DNA of 64,000 nucleotides. It comes from Antechinus flavipes (Eukaryota). Made by a program: the position numbers and the translations under genes. The notes beneath the pieces were generated by a model. That model was not told the DNA's origin. It ran no database searches and saw only the letters and a list, made by a program, of their open reading frames with translations. The DNA lies in the NCBI RefSeq assembly GCF_016432865.1, contig NC_067400.1:381548001-381612000 (forward strand), in the 5' to 3' direction. Below are positions 12,334 through 24,534 of the stretch, one piece after another (the stretch's first letter is position 1; each line of letters starts with the position of its first letter).

Positions 12334-12679
12334 ACATCTCACTAACATCACTATTAGCAATTATGTTCCTCTGAAATAAATTGTCAAGAGCTTTATTAAC
12401 AAGAAAATAAAGGTTTTGGTTACATCAGATACAAAGAAGAGAAAATGCAAAAATTCTGTCACCTTTGACTTCTCTAAATATCGTCTTTTTTTTTTTTTTT
12501 TTTTGGTCTTTTTTTGGTCTCTGTCATATGCCTTCTCACTTCTCTTGTGACCACCACTCTAGTTCACATCCTCATCCCTTCCTACCTGGACTATTGCAAT
12601 AATCTGATATTCCTTCTACTTTCCTTAATCCTTTCTTTGTTCCACTCTACCTTTTCCATAGCTGCCAAAGTGTGCTAGA

Positions 12680-13910
12680 AGAGAAAATACAAACATGGAA
12701 AAGTGGACAAAGAGGAGGCAACTCAAAAATCTTTTTTATTTTAATTGAGCAAAGGAATTTTAAATATACACACAAAAAAGTAGTTTTATATAGAAATACA
12801 ATAAAGTTAACCTAGAAATAAGTGGCAACAGGAAAAAAAGGAGATAGAAGTTTGAAGAATGAGGAAAGAATCACTGGTAAAACAAATTTTAATTTTTGAA
12901 AGCAGATCATAAAGTCAGGATTAAAACGTGAGGAAAAAAAGTATAAAAATCAGTGATTAGGGAAGGTGCTAGGTAAAGAGAAGAGAGGCAGAGAAATCAG
13001 CTCAGATCACGTCATTCTTTTTCATTTCTGATTTATTTCTCTTTGTAAAGAGAGGTGAAGGAGTAAAAGGAAAAATTGCAGGAAGATAGAATAGAGGGGA
13101 AAACACAATTAACAATCATAATAGTGAAAGAACTTGGTTTTGCCAAAATATGTGCAGCAGCTCTTTTTGTAATGGCAAAGAATTGGAACTTGAAGGGATG
13201 CTCATCAATTGTGGTATAGAGTTGTAATGAAAGACTATTGTGATGTAAAAAATAACAAACAGGATAGTTTCAGAAAAAAACCTGGGAAGATTTAAATGAA
13301 CTGATGTAAAGTGAGCAGAATCAGAAGAACATTTTATAGAGTAATAGCAATATCATAAGGATGATTAACTGTGAAAGCCTCAGCTATTCTGATCAAGACA
13401 GTGACTTAAGAAAATTTTAAAGAATCCACGTTAAAAAATGCTATCCATTTCCAGAGAGAAAACTGATAAAGTGTGAATGCAGATCAAAGCATACTTTTAA
13501 AATGTATTTTTTATTGCTGTATTTTATTTGCATTTTCTTTTGCAATGTGGCTTATATGGAAATATGTTTTTACACGAGTTCGCATGCAAAATCAAGATCA
13601 AATTTCTTGCCTTCTCAAGGGGGTAGGAAGGACTAAAGTAAAGGAGAGAATTTGGATTCAAAATTATAGAACTGATTATCAGAATTTTTTTGTATGTCAT
13701 TGAGAAATATTTAATGAAATAAAAGAATTTTTAAAATCATCACAGTGAATATGCACGGGATGATGTCACTCATCGCTTTAATAATACAAAAATAATTGTA
13801 TATAAAATTAGAGAAATAAAATACCCTATTGAATTCCTTCTCTGAGACAAATGCAAACTTGATACCTAAACTAGGAAGAGATAAATCAAAGAAAAAACCC
13901 TATAGACAGA
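12680..13910 (+). mobile_element. Old L1 (ORF1/ORF2 junction) interrupted by a younger L1 3' piece at 13129-13734
   Basis: L1 sequence resumes after the insert; imperfect 15-bp TSD aatcataatagtgaa (13114-13128) and aatcatcacagtgaa (13735-13749). Confidence 0.65.
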
Positions 13911-13924
13911 TAACTTTTCTTTTG

Positions 13925-14577
13925 AATTAAAAAAAAGTTACAAAGAAATTTTTTTTTGCATATTTCTATATGAATCATGTTGGGAGAGAAAAATCAAAAC
14001 AAAAGGGGAAAAAAAAACACAAGAAAGAAAAAAAAACCAACCAAAAAAAGATGAAAATAGTATTTGCTTTGATCTGCATATAGGTTTTAAAGTTTTTATG
14101 CATTTGGATACATTTTCCATCCAAAGTTTATTGTAATTTCCTTGGATGAGTGAATTGCTGATAAAAGCTAAGTATCGTAGTGGATCAATACACACTCTTG
14201 CTGTTGCTGTGTACAATTTTTCCCCATTCTGCTCACTTCACTTAGCATCATGTAAGTCTTCCCAGGCTTTTCTGAAATGAGCCTGTTCTTCATTTCTTCT
14301 AAGTATTTCATTACTTACAAATGCCATAAATCATTCAGCTATTCCCCAATTGAAGGGCATTCCACTCATTTTCCATTTCTTTGCCACCATAAAAAACACT
14401 GCTACAAACATTTCTGCACATTTATGTGCATCTTTTATGATCTCTTGGGATATAGACTCAGTAAAGGCACTTTTGGATGAAAGGGTCTGATCAATTGTAT
14501 AGCCTTTTAGGCATAGTTCCAAATAGTTCTCCAGAATGGTTGGATCAGTTCACAACTCTACCAGGAATGCATTAGTT
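13925..14577 (-). mobile_element. L1 3' portion, antisense
   Basis: ggatcagttcacaactctacca, ctttgatctgcat and a T-rich tail typical of marsupial L1. Confidence 0.75.
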
Positions 14578-14929
14578 AGATAATTTCTAATGAATGTTAA
14601 TGCAAAAATATTGGGAAAACTATAACCAGAAGCTACAGCAGCATATTTTTAAAAATTTTATCCACTGTGAGTGGTTTTAATTAATTAATATTTGGGTAAA
14701 TATTGATATAAATGGCCATTCTATAACCATACATTGGATAATTATGTAGACAGAGAAAGAATTGCTGTAAAATATATTTATTCCATTAATTTCAAATTAA
14801 TTAATTCATATTTATTCATATTAATAACTTTGAAGACATCAGAACAAATGGATTTTCCACTAATTTTGTAATTAGTATCTATCTATAAAGAAATAACAAG
14901 ATTTGTAATGAAAAAATTATAAGAGGGCT

Positions 14930-16540
14930 TTCTAATAAGAACAGATAAAGCAAGGATGTCCACTATTACCAGTATTATTTGATAAAGTTCTTGAAATACT
15001 ATTATTTAATATTGTATAATAAATGTGAATTTTTTTGAAATAATTAGAATAAGAATTGAAGGAAAACAAAAGTCTACCATTCTTTGGAGATGATATGATA
15101 CCTGTAGAATTCAAAAGTATCAATGTAAAAAGTACTTGAAAGCCAAATATCAAGAAATAAAAAAGAAAAATTCCATTTAAATAACCGTAGATAATATAAA
15201 ATGTTTGGGAGTCTACCTGCCAAGACAAACACAGGAACTATAGGAACATAATTATAAAACATTTTTTTACACAAATAAAGAGAGATCTAAATGCCTGGAA
15301 AAATATCAATTGTCAGTGTAATTCAAATGACTTACCTAAATCAATATTCTTATTCAATGCCATATCAATCAAACTAGTGAAAAACCCCTACATATTAGAG
15401 ACAGAAAAAAGCAACAAAATTTTTCTGGAAGAACTAAAGAGACCTTAAAAATATTAGGGTAATTTATAAAAAAGAAAATGCAAAGGAAGGTGGTCTAACT
15501 TTACCAGGTATAAAGCTATATTATAAAGTGGCAACTATCAAAGCTATTTGGTACTGGTTAAGAAATCAAGTGGTAAATCATTGGAATAAGTTACGTACAA
15601 GACATAGCAGTCCATGACTCTAGTAATCTACTATTTGATAAACCAAAGGAGTCTAGCTTTTAGAATAAGAACTTACTATTTGACAAAAACTGCTCAGAAA
15701 CCTGGAAAAGAGTATGGCAGAAACTAGGCATCAAACAACATTTCACAATGTATACCAAGATAAGGTCAAAATAAGTACATGATTTAGACATGAAGGATGA
15801 TACCATTAAAAAAAAAAAAAAATCAGGAGAGCAAGGAGTAGTTTCTCTCAGATCTCTGGAGAAAGGAATAATTTATGACCAAACAAGAGATTTTATTAAA
15901 TGCAAAATGGATAATTTTGATTACAATAAACTGAAAAGTTTTCATACAGAAAAAATAATTGCAACCAAGATTAGAAGGAAAGCAGAAATCTGGGAAATAA
16001 TCTTTACAACCAGTGTTTCTAATAAAGATTAATTTCTCAAATATGTAAAAAAATGGAATCAAATTTATAAGAAAACAAGTCATTTCCCAATGATTTATTT
16101 ATGCCCATTATGAATAGGTAGTTGTCAGATGAAGAACTTAAATTTACCTATGCTCCAAAGAAAAAGTTCTCTAAGACACTATTAATTAGAGAGACAAAAT
16201 TAAACCAACTTCATACCTATCAGAAGGAGTAATATGACAGAAAAGGAAAATAATAAATGTTAGAGAAGATGTGGAAAATTGAGACACTAATGCATTATTG
16301 GTGTAGTTATTACTTAATCTGACTATTCTTGAAAGCAATTTGCCCAAAGGGCAAATTCTTTTTTCACAACATGACTAACATGCAAAAATATTTTTAACAT
16401 GATTGCACATGTATAACTTGTGCTGAATTGTTTACTTTCTTAGGGAGTGGTAAGGAAAAAGGAGAGAAATAAAATTTTGGAATTCAGAATTTTATAAAAA
16501 TGAATGTTGAAAACAATCTTTGCATGCAATTGGAAAAAAT
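14930..16540 (+). mobile_element. Degenerate L1 ORF2 (RT) to 3' end
   Basis: tttggagatgatatgata (FxDDM motif) near 15085; ORF2 C-terminal and 3' UTR sequence. Confidence 0.8.
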
Positions 16541-16559
16541 ACAAATTATTTTATCCCCC

Positions 16560-17210
16560 CCCCCAAAAAAAACCTCAACAACTTCTAGATAGTATAAAAT
16601 ACTCAGGAATACAACTGCCAAAATAAAACCAGGACCTATATAAACAAAATGATAAAAAAATTTATACAAATTAAACCAGACAAATAATTAGAGAAAATTA
16701 ATTGTTCATGAGCTCACTGGGCTAATATAATAAAAATGACAATTTTACCTAAACTAATTTACATGTTTAATGCCATCCCAATTAAATCATCACCAAAATA
16801 TTATTTTACTGAATTTGAAATAATAATGACAGAATTTATATTGAAAAACAAAAAAGTCAAGGATATCAAAGGTAGTAATGAAAAAGATGTAAAGGAAGGA
16901 GGCTTAGCAATATCAGATCTTAAATTATATAATAAAACAGTAATTGTCAAATGGTCAAAGGTTACAAACAGACAATTTTCCAATAAAGAAATCAAAACAA
17001 TTTATAATTATATAAAATGCTCTAAATCATTCTTGAGTAGAGAAATACAAATTAAAAGAACCTTGAGATATTAATTTACACCTACCAGATTGACTAAAAT
17101 GATTTAGGCAAAAGAAATCACATGGTGAAGGGGATGTGGAAAAATTGGGATATTAATTCATTGTTGGTGGAATTTTTGCCTAATCCAACCATTTTGCAGA
17201 ACAATATATA
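16560..17210 (+). mobile_element. L1 ORF2 fragment, internally deleted
   Basis: ORF 16736-17074, MTILPKLIYMFNAIPIK, is L1 ORF2p sequence. Confidence 0.85.
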
Positions 17211-17292
17211 ATTATCCAGGGTAATAATATCCATAATCCATAATATGTAATTATCGAGGGTAATAATATCTATAATCCAGGGTAGATCAGAT

Positions 17293-17519
17293 GTGTAAAC
17301 ACTTGAATGTAATTTGTTTTGCCTCTTGTTTTCTTGAGCACCAAGGGAGTTCAGGGCTATCCTCTCCCTCGTGAGATACTGTCAATATAAGCTCATACTC
17401 TTTTGGAGTGCAGATACTGCTTTCTTTATCATTTTTTTTTTTTTTTGGCATTTGTTCTTAGAAAGACTCTTCATTAGGAAAGTATCTCTTGATACAGAGT
17501 TTGCATTTGGCAGGTCAGT
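17293..17519 (+). promoter_or_regulatory. Candidate promoter and non-coding first exon of paralogue A, ending in a 5' splice donor
   Basis: Paralogous to 33685-33949 and 47754-48018. GTGTAAACAC start, O/E-like TCCCTCGTGA, TCATTA homeodomain site, CAG|GTCAGT with GT at 17514. Confidence 0.55.
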
Positions 17520-18099
17520 AGTAAAGGACTGGGAAAACTCAACTTTTCTTTATTAGAAAAAGATGTAGATATGATGATTACTTTCCTGCTTTTCCCTCTT
17601 ATTCTTCAACAATTTCTGGGAAATGCATTGCATTATGTGCTCTGGAGAATGCAAAATGAATAAAACATGGTTCCTGACCTCAAAAAGTTTAAAATCATAT
17701 TTATTTATTATTTATAATTTATAAGGAAATTAATAATATAATATAATTTATAAGGAAATTTAAAATTTATGAACCACTTTCTGGATAGTCAATCACTCTA
17801 TGAAATAGACATTAAAAGTATTATTCCAGTTTTTACAAATGGAAAAAAAATCAGGTGCAATTTGGTGAAATGATTTGCCTAGGATAATGTGTTAGAGATA
17901 GGACTTGAAGACTGTTGCTTTTCCCACATTATCAAAAAAGTAAAGGAGATGAAAAACTTATGAACAAGATATTTAGCTGGGTAATTCTTTCTAAGGCTCT
18001 TCCTTCTTTGTGACCTTTAAATTCTTGGTTACAAATATGGGCTTTAGGCTATACATGGAATGTGAGCACTTGAGCAGTGAATGACATACATAATTAAAG

Positions 18100-18620
18100 A
18101 TATGCATTAATACTTTTCAATCAACAATATGTAGAGTTTGGGCTACACAGTGATAGGTAAGTAAGAGGAGATGAAGGCAGCAAAACTAGTCATATAGGTT
18201 TGTTACTAAAAATGTAGAAGAGGAATAATGAATGAGGACCTGAACTAGGATGATTATATGAATTAAGAAAAATTGTGGAAGCAGAATTCATTAGCCTTAC
18301 TTACTAATCTGAGGGAGTTGGATAAGAGACAGAAATTTAAAAGGATGCCAGACCGACTAAGAAATTGGTGGTGTCAATAATAGAGATGGAAATTTGGGAG
18401 AAGGTCAAATTGAGGGGAATTAAGTTTGACTTTGGACACAAATTTGTGGTTGTGAGATACTCAGAACTTCCCAATAAGGAGGTTGAAATGAAGGAAAGAG
18501 GCATTAGATGATGATACAGATTTGGAGTTCATACACATTGAATTGATGTCATATTAAGGCATGAGACTGTGAAAGAATAGAACACAAAGAAAAGACAGAA
18601 CACAGTTTATTGAGGACACT
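18100..18620 (-). mobile_element. L2 fragment
   Basis: Purine-rich antisense L2 body (tttggacac..ttgagatac..ggaggttgaaatg). Confidence 0.55.
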
Positions 18621-19519
18621 AGAAAAAGGAAAAGAATGCAAAAGTAAAACTCTAGTTGTTGCCTATGTATAGTAAAGAAGAAAAACCAGTGAACAAAACA
18701 GAAACAAAATCAGAGAACTGGGAGAGAACCACTTAATTTGGAGAAAATTTATATACAATTAGGATTCCTTTTGTACTAAGCTTTTCATAACTACATTGGA
18801 TGTATTATGTTTTAATTTAATATGATTTTAAAAATCTTTTTTATTTGTTTTCTGCTAAATCTTAAGGAACCAGCACTTAATTTAGAACATAAAACTGAGT
18901 ACTGTAATTTCATTGAGGGTTGAAACTGATACTTCTTAGACTTTTGTTTTCATTCAGATTTCTTAAATCTTTCTTTTTGACTCACAGCTGCCTTCTTATC
19001 TTCTCATCTGTCAAATTCTTTATTCTAGACTTCTAGATTTATGTATTGGCATAATTCTCATTACTTTATGATACTTAAATATGTGGAATGGCATTTTAGA
19101 CCCAAAAAATTCTGAATCTTTTATCTTCAACATGTTTTGGGGTTTGTTAGAAATTTAATTCATCATGGGATGTGGCTCTTGGCATTATTACAATATTGGC
19201 AGCATATATCTTGTTCTATTATTCTGGTCTGTCCTTATTTGCTATGCTCAGTTGAATTCTTGCAGACTGTAAGTACCTACTTTTCTTGAAAGATTTTCTC
19301 ACAATGTTCTTATAATATTCAGCTTAAGGAAGACAGAGAATCTCAGGAGAGGGCAAAGAATGTTTTTTTCTGACATAGGAATATGAAAGATATTATTAAG
19401 AAATTAAAGTAAGAGAATTGTTATATAGATCTATGATCCTTTCCACTTAGGATTCTGTCCCTTTCAATGACATGCAAAAATGTGCTAAGGTATCCTCTCT
19501 GATATCAAATTAAAGTATT

Positions 19520-19790
19520 TAATTTCCTGCTGTATAGAGAAGGAGTCATGGTGTCATGGTAAGACCTTTACTTGGTCAAAATATCTGGATTCTCTAGTCC
19601 TCTGGATGTGGTATAGTCAAAAGAACAAAGAACTTGGAGTCACAATTCTCAGATTTGGTTTCAAGACTTGATTCTATTCCTTCTTCTTGTATAATCTTGG
19701 GTAAGTGATATTAACTTTCTGATTTAAAGTTTCTTCAACTGAAAAGTAAAGGCTTGAATAGGAATTTAGATGTATTGCAGAGAATTATGA
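19520..19790 (+). mobile_element. MIR-type SINE fragments
   Basis: Two tRNA-like heads and CORE remnants. Confidence 0.5.
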
Positions 19791-21880
19791 TTACAATGTT
19801 TTTTTATTTAGCACACACATTTATCAATTTGTTCTATTCTTTAATTTGGATAAACCATTTTCCTCACATCAATAGTTTATGTGATAAAAATTATCTTCAT
19901 TTTTCATATGAGATACCAGAGGTTCAGAGAGGTGAAATATGAAGTCTCAAGGACATGATTAAACATTTTCTAGATCCTTTTATTAGGTCATAACTGACAT
20001 CTCATAGACCTTTGTCCTAATCGAAGAGTTTGGATAATTTCCCCCTTAGTATTTTATTAATATTTGCAAACATTTAACTGCTCTCCTGAAATTTTAGCAT
20101 TTTATCTCTTTGTTCTTAGGATTTTTGTAACCTAAATACTTCAGAGTTGTGTACCCAATTGATTATTTTACTCTGGATTTTGCAATTTTCAATTTTTATT
20201 AAAAAATGACACATGTAATTTCATTTCCAAATCTCCATGGTACAGGAAAACATAGCAGGAAGTTACAATTATTAATTGTGAAATGAATGGATGATTTTTT
20301 AAAAAAAGAATAAGGAAAGTAAAACAGATATTGGATTATAATTCAGTCAATTCAATTTATGTGAAATGCAAATTCCTATCAATTTACAATTCTCAATCTG
20401 AAATCTCTTCTGGGAAAGAAGTCCTCTATTCATACAGAGAGGTGACAGTAATGCTCAATCTCTGTCTGTTTGTCTGTCTGTCTCTGTCTCTCCTTTCCCT
20501 TATCTTCTTTTCTTCTCTCTTAATCCATCATTTTTATTCCTCCTGTCTCCTTTTTCTATTTCTCTGATGACACTATGTCTTTCTATCTGTATATTTTTCT
20601 TCTGCTTCTAAATCTACTCCTTCCAATGCTTTCTCAGATCTTCAGTAATACCACACATCTTAAGAATCTCTCCATGCAATGTCTCAAAAAAACTTACAGA
20701 AGTCTCTTTGTGTGCAATCTCTTCCATCCTAGATGAGGAGTAAACCTTCCAGAGCATTTCTTTGGCTTAAAATGCCACTGTTGGCTCTTCTATGGATCTT
20801 TTCTCACTATTGATTTCCACTATTTCTCAAACTCAGCCATAACTAACACTGTCTTTTTCATATTCCTCCTACATATGTTCACACAGAGCCATAGAAATCA
20901 TCAGTTAATTGGGATCAGAAAAAGGAGAGCAGAAAAGTTCAAACATTGATTTTAAGTAATCCTAATGCTGCTTTCAATTTCCATTTGGAGACGTTTCTAT
21001 TTATCATAACCTTTTCTATCCTATCTTTAAGGCAGTGCTTCTTTCCCAAGAGAATATTTTAACTTCTCCTTTGATAAAACATGAAAAGAATTATTGAAAA
21101 TAAATTTTAAGTGATATTCTGAGAGAATAAAATCATGATCTTGTGTTTCTAGAATTGATGAAAAAGAAATGTCAGAGATGGTTAGAAATGACTATAACCA
21201 AGATCTTTTCTCAGAGCTCACATGTTACAAATAATTATGTATGTGTTTAATTATTTGTTGCATTGTTTTTTTTTTTGAATTTGAATACTTTATAGATTTG
21301 TTAGCAAAATGAATCTCTTGAAGCCTTAGTTTTTCTAATCTATAAAAATGAACATAATAGTAACATTTACCACATGGGATTGCTGTAATCATATGAAACA
21401 ATATATATAAAGTGATTTGCAAACCTTAAAGTGATATTTAAGTGTCAATAATAATAAATAATTAGATAATAAGTAGATATAGCTAAATCATAAATAGATA
21501 ATAATAGATATTATTTTTAAATTACCATTATCAACCAGCTCCAGAATTGGTCTTCAGTAAAACTGTGGAGCAAATAAAATTTTTTTCCCAGAAGTCATTC
21601 ATCCCTCTACACCCATCTCCTTTTCTATACCTAGGGTCTTCATGTACTCTTCAAGCTACCCAGCTTCCATCCCAAACTACTCCCCACATTCTGCTGCATT
21701 TCTTACTACTTTTTGGTAGGGCTAAAACCAAACCAAAACAAAAAAAATTAATTTTATAAAAGTTATAATGACTAATAATGGGAAACTACTGTCTGAATGA
21801 CATTTTAATTTTACTGTGCTGTCTCTACCACAAACCACACTAACCTGAAAGGCAGGATGATATAATGGTAAGAGTTCTAG

Positions 21881-22175
21881 CTTTAGGTAATTCAATAGGT
21901 GGAACAATGGGCCTGAAATCAGGAAGGCCTGAATTCAAATCAAGCCTCTAATACTTACTAAGGGGTAGCTTACTAAGATGACTTCCTAGGTATGTGAATC
22001 TGTGCAAATCACTTAGCCTCTGTTTATCTCAGTTTCCACAGCTGTAAAAAAATCAATAATAACAACCCACTTCTCAGGATTGTCTTATTGTAAGGATCGA
22101 ATAAGATAATATTTTTGAAGAACTTAAAACAATGCTGGATGCATAACAGGCATTTAATAAATGCTTATTTTCTTC
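21881..22175 (+). mobile_element. CORE-SINE (MIR/MAR-type) with L2-like tail
   Basis: tcaggaaggcctgaattcaaatc, ctcagtttcc CORE, taataaatgcttatt tail. Confidence 0.7.
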
Positions 22176-22574
22176 CTTCAAAGACAAGTTTTTATGATTA
22201 AAGAGCTATTAATATGTATATATCCTTTGGTCTATTTGTTGCATTGTTAATAAATTGTCCACAATAAAATGATGTGTATTTAAGACTAAAAGATATGGGA
22301 GGTTGGTAGTGAAATAAGCAAAAAATAATGGGAAAAGATTTCCCTAGTGTATTTAATAAATATTAATAAACAGGGTTGATGCCTTGGAACTTATCAATTA
22401 ATAAGAGAGATGTTTCAATTTGAGAGAAAATATCAAAATTCTTATCTTTATTGCCTTAGAACATTTCAAGAAAATGAATGACTAGAAGGTAAAAGGAAAC
22501 ACAATTATATAGGTTACATATAGAGAACATTAGCTGTCATCCCCTGCTGCAACTTTAGATATGTATGTTATTTC

Positions 22575-22700
22575 CTGAAAAAATAGTATAAAATTTTTGA
22601 GTCCAGGAACTATTTTGTTTTTCTGTTAGTATTTCCAAATACCTAGTAAAATGGTCAGCACATAGCAAGTATTTTAAAAATGTTTGTCAATTAATGCAAT
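22575..22700 (+). mobile_element. L2 3' tail abutting the paralogue A acceptor
   Basis: tttgagtccaggaact..gcacatagcaagt..aaatgtttgtcaatt resembles the L2 terminus; counterparts precede B and C. Confidence 0.55.
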
Positions 22701-22703
22701 GAT

Positions 22704-22725
22704 TTTCCTTTTTTTTTTTTTTTAG
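22704..22725 (+). promoter_or_regulatory. Splice acceptor of paralogue A coding exon
   Basis: Long poly-T tract then AG at 22724-22725, 20 nt before the ATG; same spacing in B and C. Confidence 0.75.
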
Positions 22726-22745
22726 GAAAAGAGTAGATTATATAA

Positions 22746-23678
22746 ATGGAGAGACAGAATGAGAGTTTTGTGGCAACATTCATCCTCACAGGGATTCCCC
22801 ATGCACCTGAACTGGGGACAACCCTATTTGGGATCTTCCTAGTGATTTATGCACTCACTTTGATGGGAAATCTTCTCATTTTGCTAGTGATCAAGGTGGA
22901 CTCTCATCTCTGCACTCCCATGTACCATTTCCTAGCCAATCTCTCCTTCATTGACATGTGGTTCTCCACTACCACTGTGCCCAAGACACTCATGGGTCTC
23001 CTCTCTCCAGAAGGTGGGGCCATTTCTTTTTATGGCTGTGTAGCCCAGCTCTATTTCTTTTATGGCCTGGCAAGCACTGAGTGTTTTCTTTACACAGTCA
23101 TGTCCTATGATCGTTACCTGGCTATCACTTATCCCCTACGCTATGCTACCATGATGAGTAAAAAAACATGCGCCCTTCTAACTGGAGGCACATGGCTCAG
23201 TGGTGCTATCCATTCAGCGGCTCAGACTACTCTGACTTTCCGCCTGCCCTACTGTGGCCTTAACCAGATTGAACATTACCTTTGTGATGCACCCCCCATT
23301 CTCAAATTAGCCTGTGCAGATACTTCAATCAATGAGATGGTGATCTTTGTTAACATTGGAGTGGTGGCCTCTGGATGTTGCTTCCTGATTTTCCTTTCCT
23401 ATGTTTCTATTGCCCGTGCCATCCTGAAGATCCGTACAACAGATGGTAGACAAAAAGCCTTCCAGACTTGTGCTTCCCACTGCATTGTGGTCCTCTGTTT
23501 CTTTGTGCCCGCTCTCATTATTTATTTAAGACCAGGCTCAAAACATGTTATGGATAGGATTGTGGCCATTTTCCAAACAATGATCACACCCATGCTGAAT
23601 CCCCTGGTATACACCCTAAGGAACAAAGAGGTAAAGATGGCTTTGCTTAGGTTTAAAGATCGAGGGAATTTTATGTAG
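22746..23678 (+). CDS. Olfactory receptor, OR10G4/7/8/9-like paralogue A (310 aa, intact)
   Basis: OR motifs plus OR10G-subfamily strings DMWFST, MSYDRYLAI, CDAPPILKLACADTS, KAFQTCASHC, NPLVYTLRNKEVK. Confidence 0.95.
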   Translation: MERQNESFVATFILTGIPHAPELGTTLFGIFLVIYALTLMGNLLILLVIKVDSHLCTPMYHFLANLSFIDMWFSTTTVPKTLMGLLSPEGGAISFYGCVAQLYFFYGLASTECFLYTVMSYDRYLAITYPLRYATMMSKKTCALLTGGTWLSGAIHSAAQTTLTFRLPYCGLNQIEHYLCDAPPILKLACADTSINEMVIFVNIGVVASGCCFLIFLSYVSIARAILKIRTTDGRQKAFQTCASHCIVVLCFFVPALIIYLRPGSKHVMDRIVAIFQTMITPMLNPLVYTLRNKEVKMALLRFKDRGNFM

Positions 23679-24443
23679 TTAAATTATGTAGTCATTATGA
23701 CTTACCTCGTCAGTAACCTAGAAAAATGTCCTCAGTTTATTTTAATTATATAAAGTTGACTTTCCATGACTATACCTTCTTTGTGTCATAAGACAGTAGA
23801 AATAGTGCTAATCTCAAAGGCTAAACCATAAAATTGCTGTTTGATTTTTGGATTTTATCTATATGAACTTCACTTTCTTCATCAGTAAAATATGTATGGA
23901 GATTCGAAACATTCTAACATTCTTGCTCCAACTTCAAGATTCTGTGATAAATTCAGGAATCTTAAAAGCCAAAGATTTATATAACCTGGGTAGTAAAAGC
24001 CAAGGCCTGTCCTAGGCAAACATTACAAAGTAGGTAAAGTTTATATATAATATCTTTTCCCCTTCTATTTTTGTCTCCTGGGTCCCCATGCTTTAATGTT
24101 CTTTCTACAATATGCAAGTTTATACTTCTCTGGCTGGCAGAAGCCAAGAATCTGAAAACCTGAATTACTGACATGCATCCAGACTAATGTTGAAGAGTTA
24201 GGGAGAACACAATTTGCTACCAATCAAGTGAAACTTTATTTTAAATTGGAAACAATTCCATTACTTGGAGATAAATAATCATTTCTAAATAGGAGAACTC
24301 AAAAAATCTAGTTGAAACCAACAGAAAAAAAAATCAGACCACTTGACAAACATATTTTTCTATTATGATAAAAATGGAAAATATTCTTTTTGCTTAGCTT
24401 TAAAGTACTATTTCCCACCCTGAGACTGCTCTTAGCCTATTTT

Positions 24444-24506
24444 CAATGCTGAAAAATTTCCCATGCATATATCCTGTAAATAAAAACTATTAAAAAAATG
24501 AAAAAA
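24444..24506 (+). mobile_element. ~60-bp extreme 3' tail of a young L1
   Basis: tcaatgctgaaaaatttcccatgcatatatcctgtaaataaaaactattaaaa matches the end of the L1 at 25407-25460; absent from paralogous 38400. Confidence 0.75.
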
Positions 24507-24534
24507 TATTGCTCTTCAAAAAGAAGAATTTGAT

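Noticed and set aside
17210-17282. 39-bp tandem duplication (similar small ones near 23670, 35190 and 35675)
   Set aside because: Ordinary slippage duplications with no sign of function.
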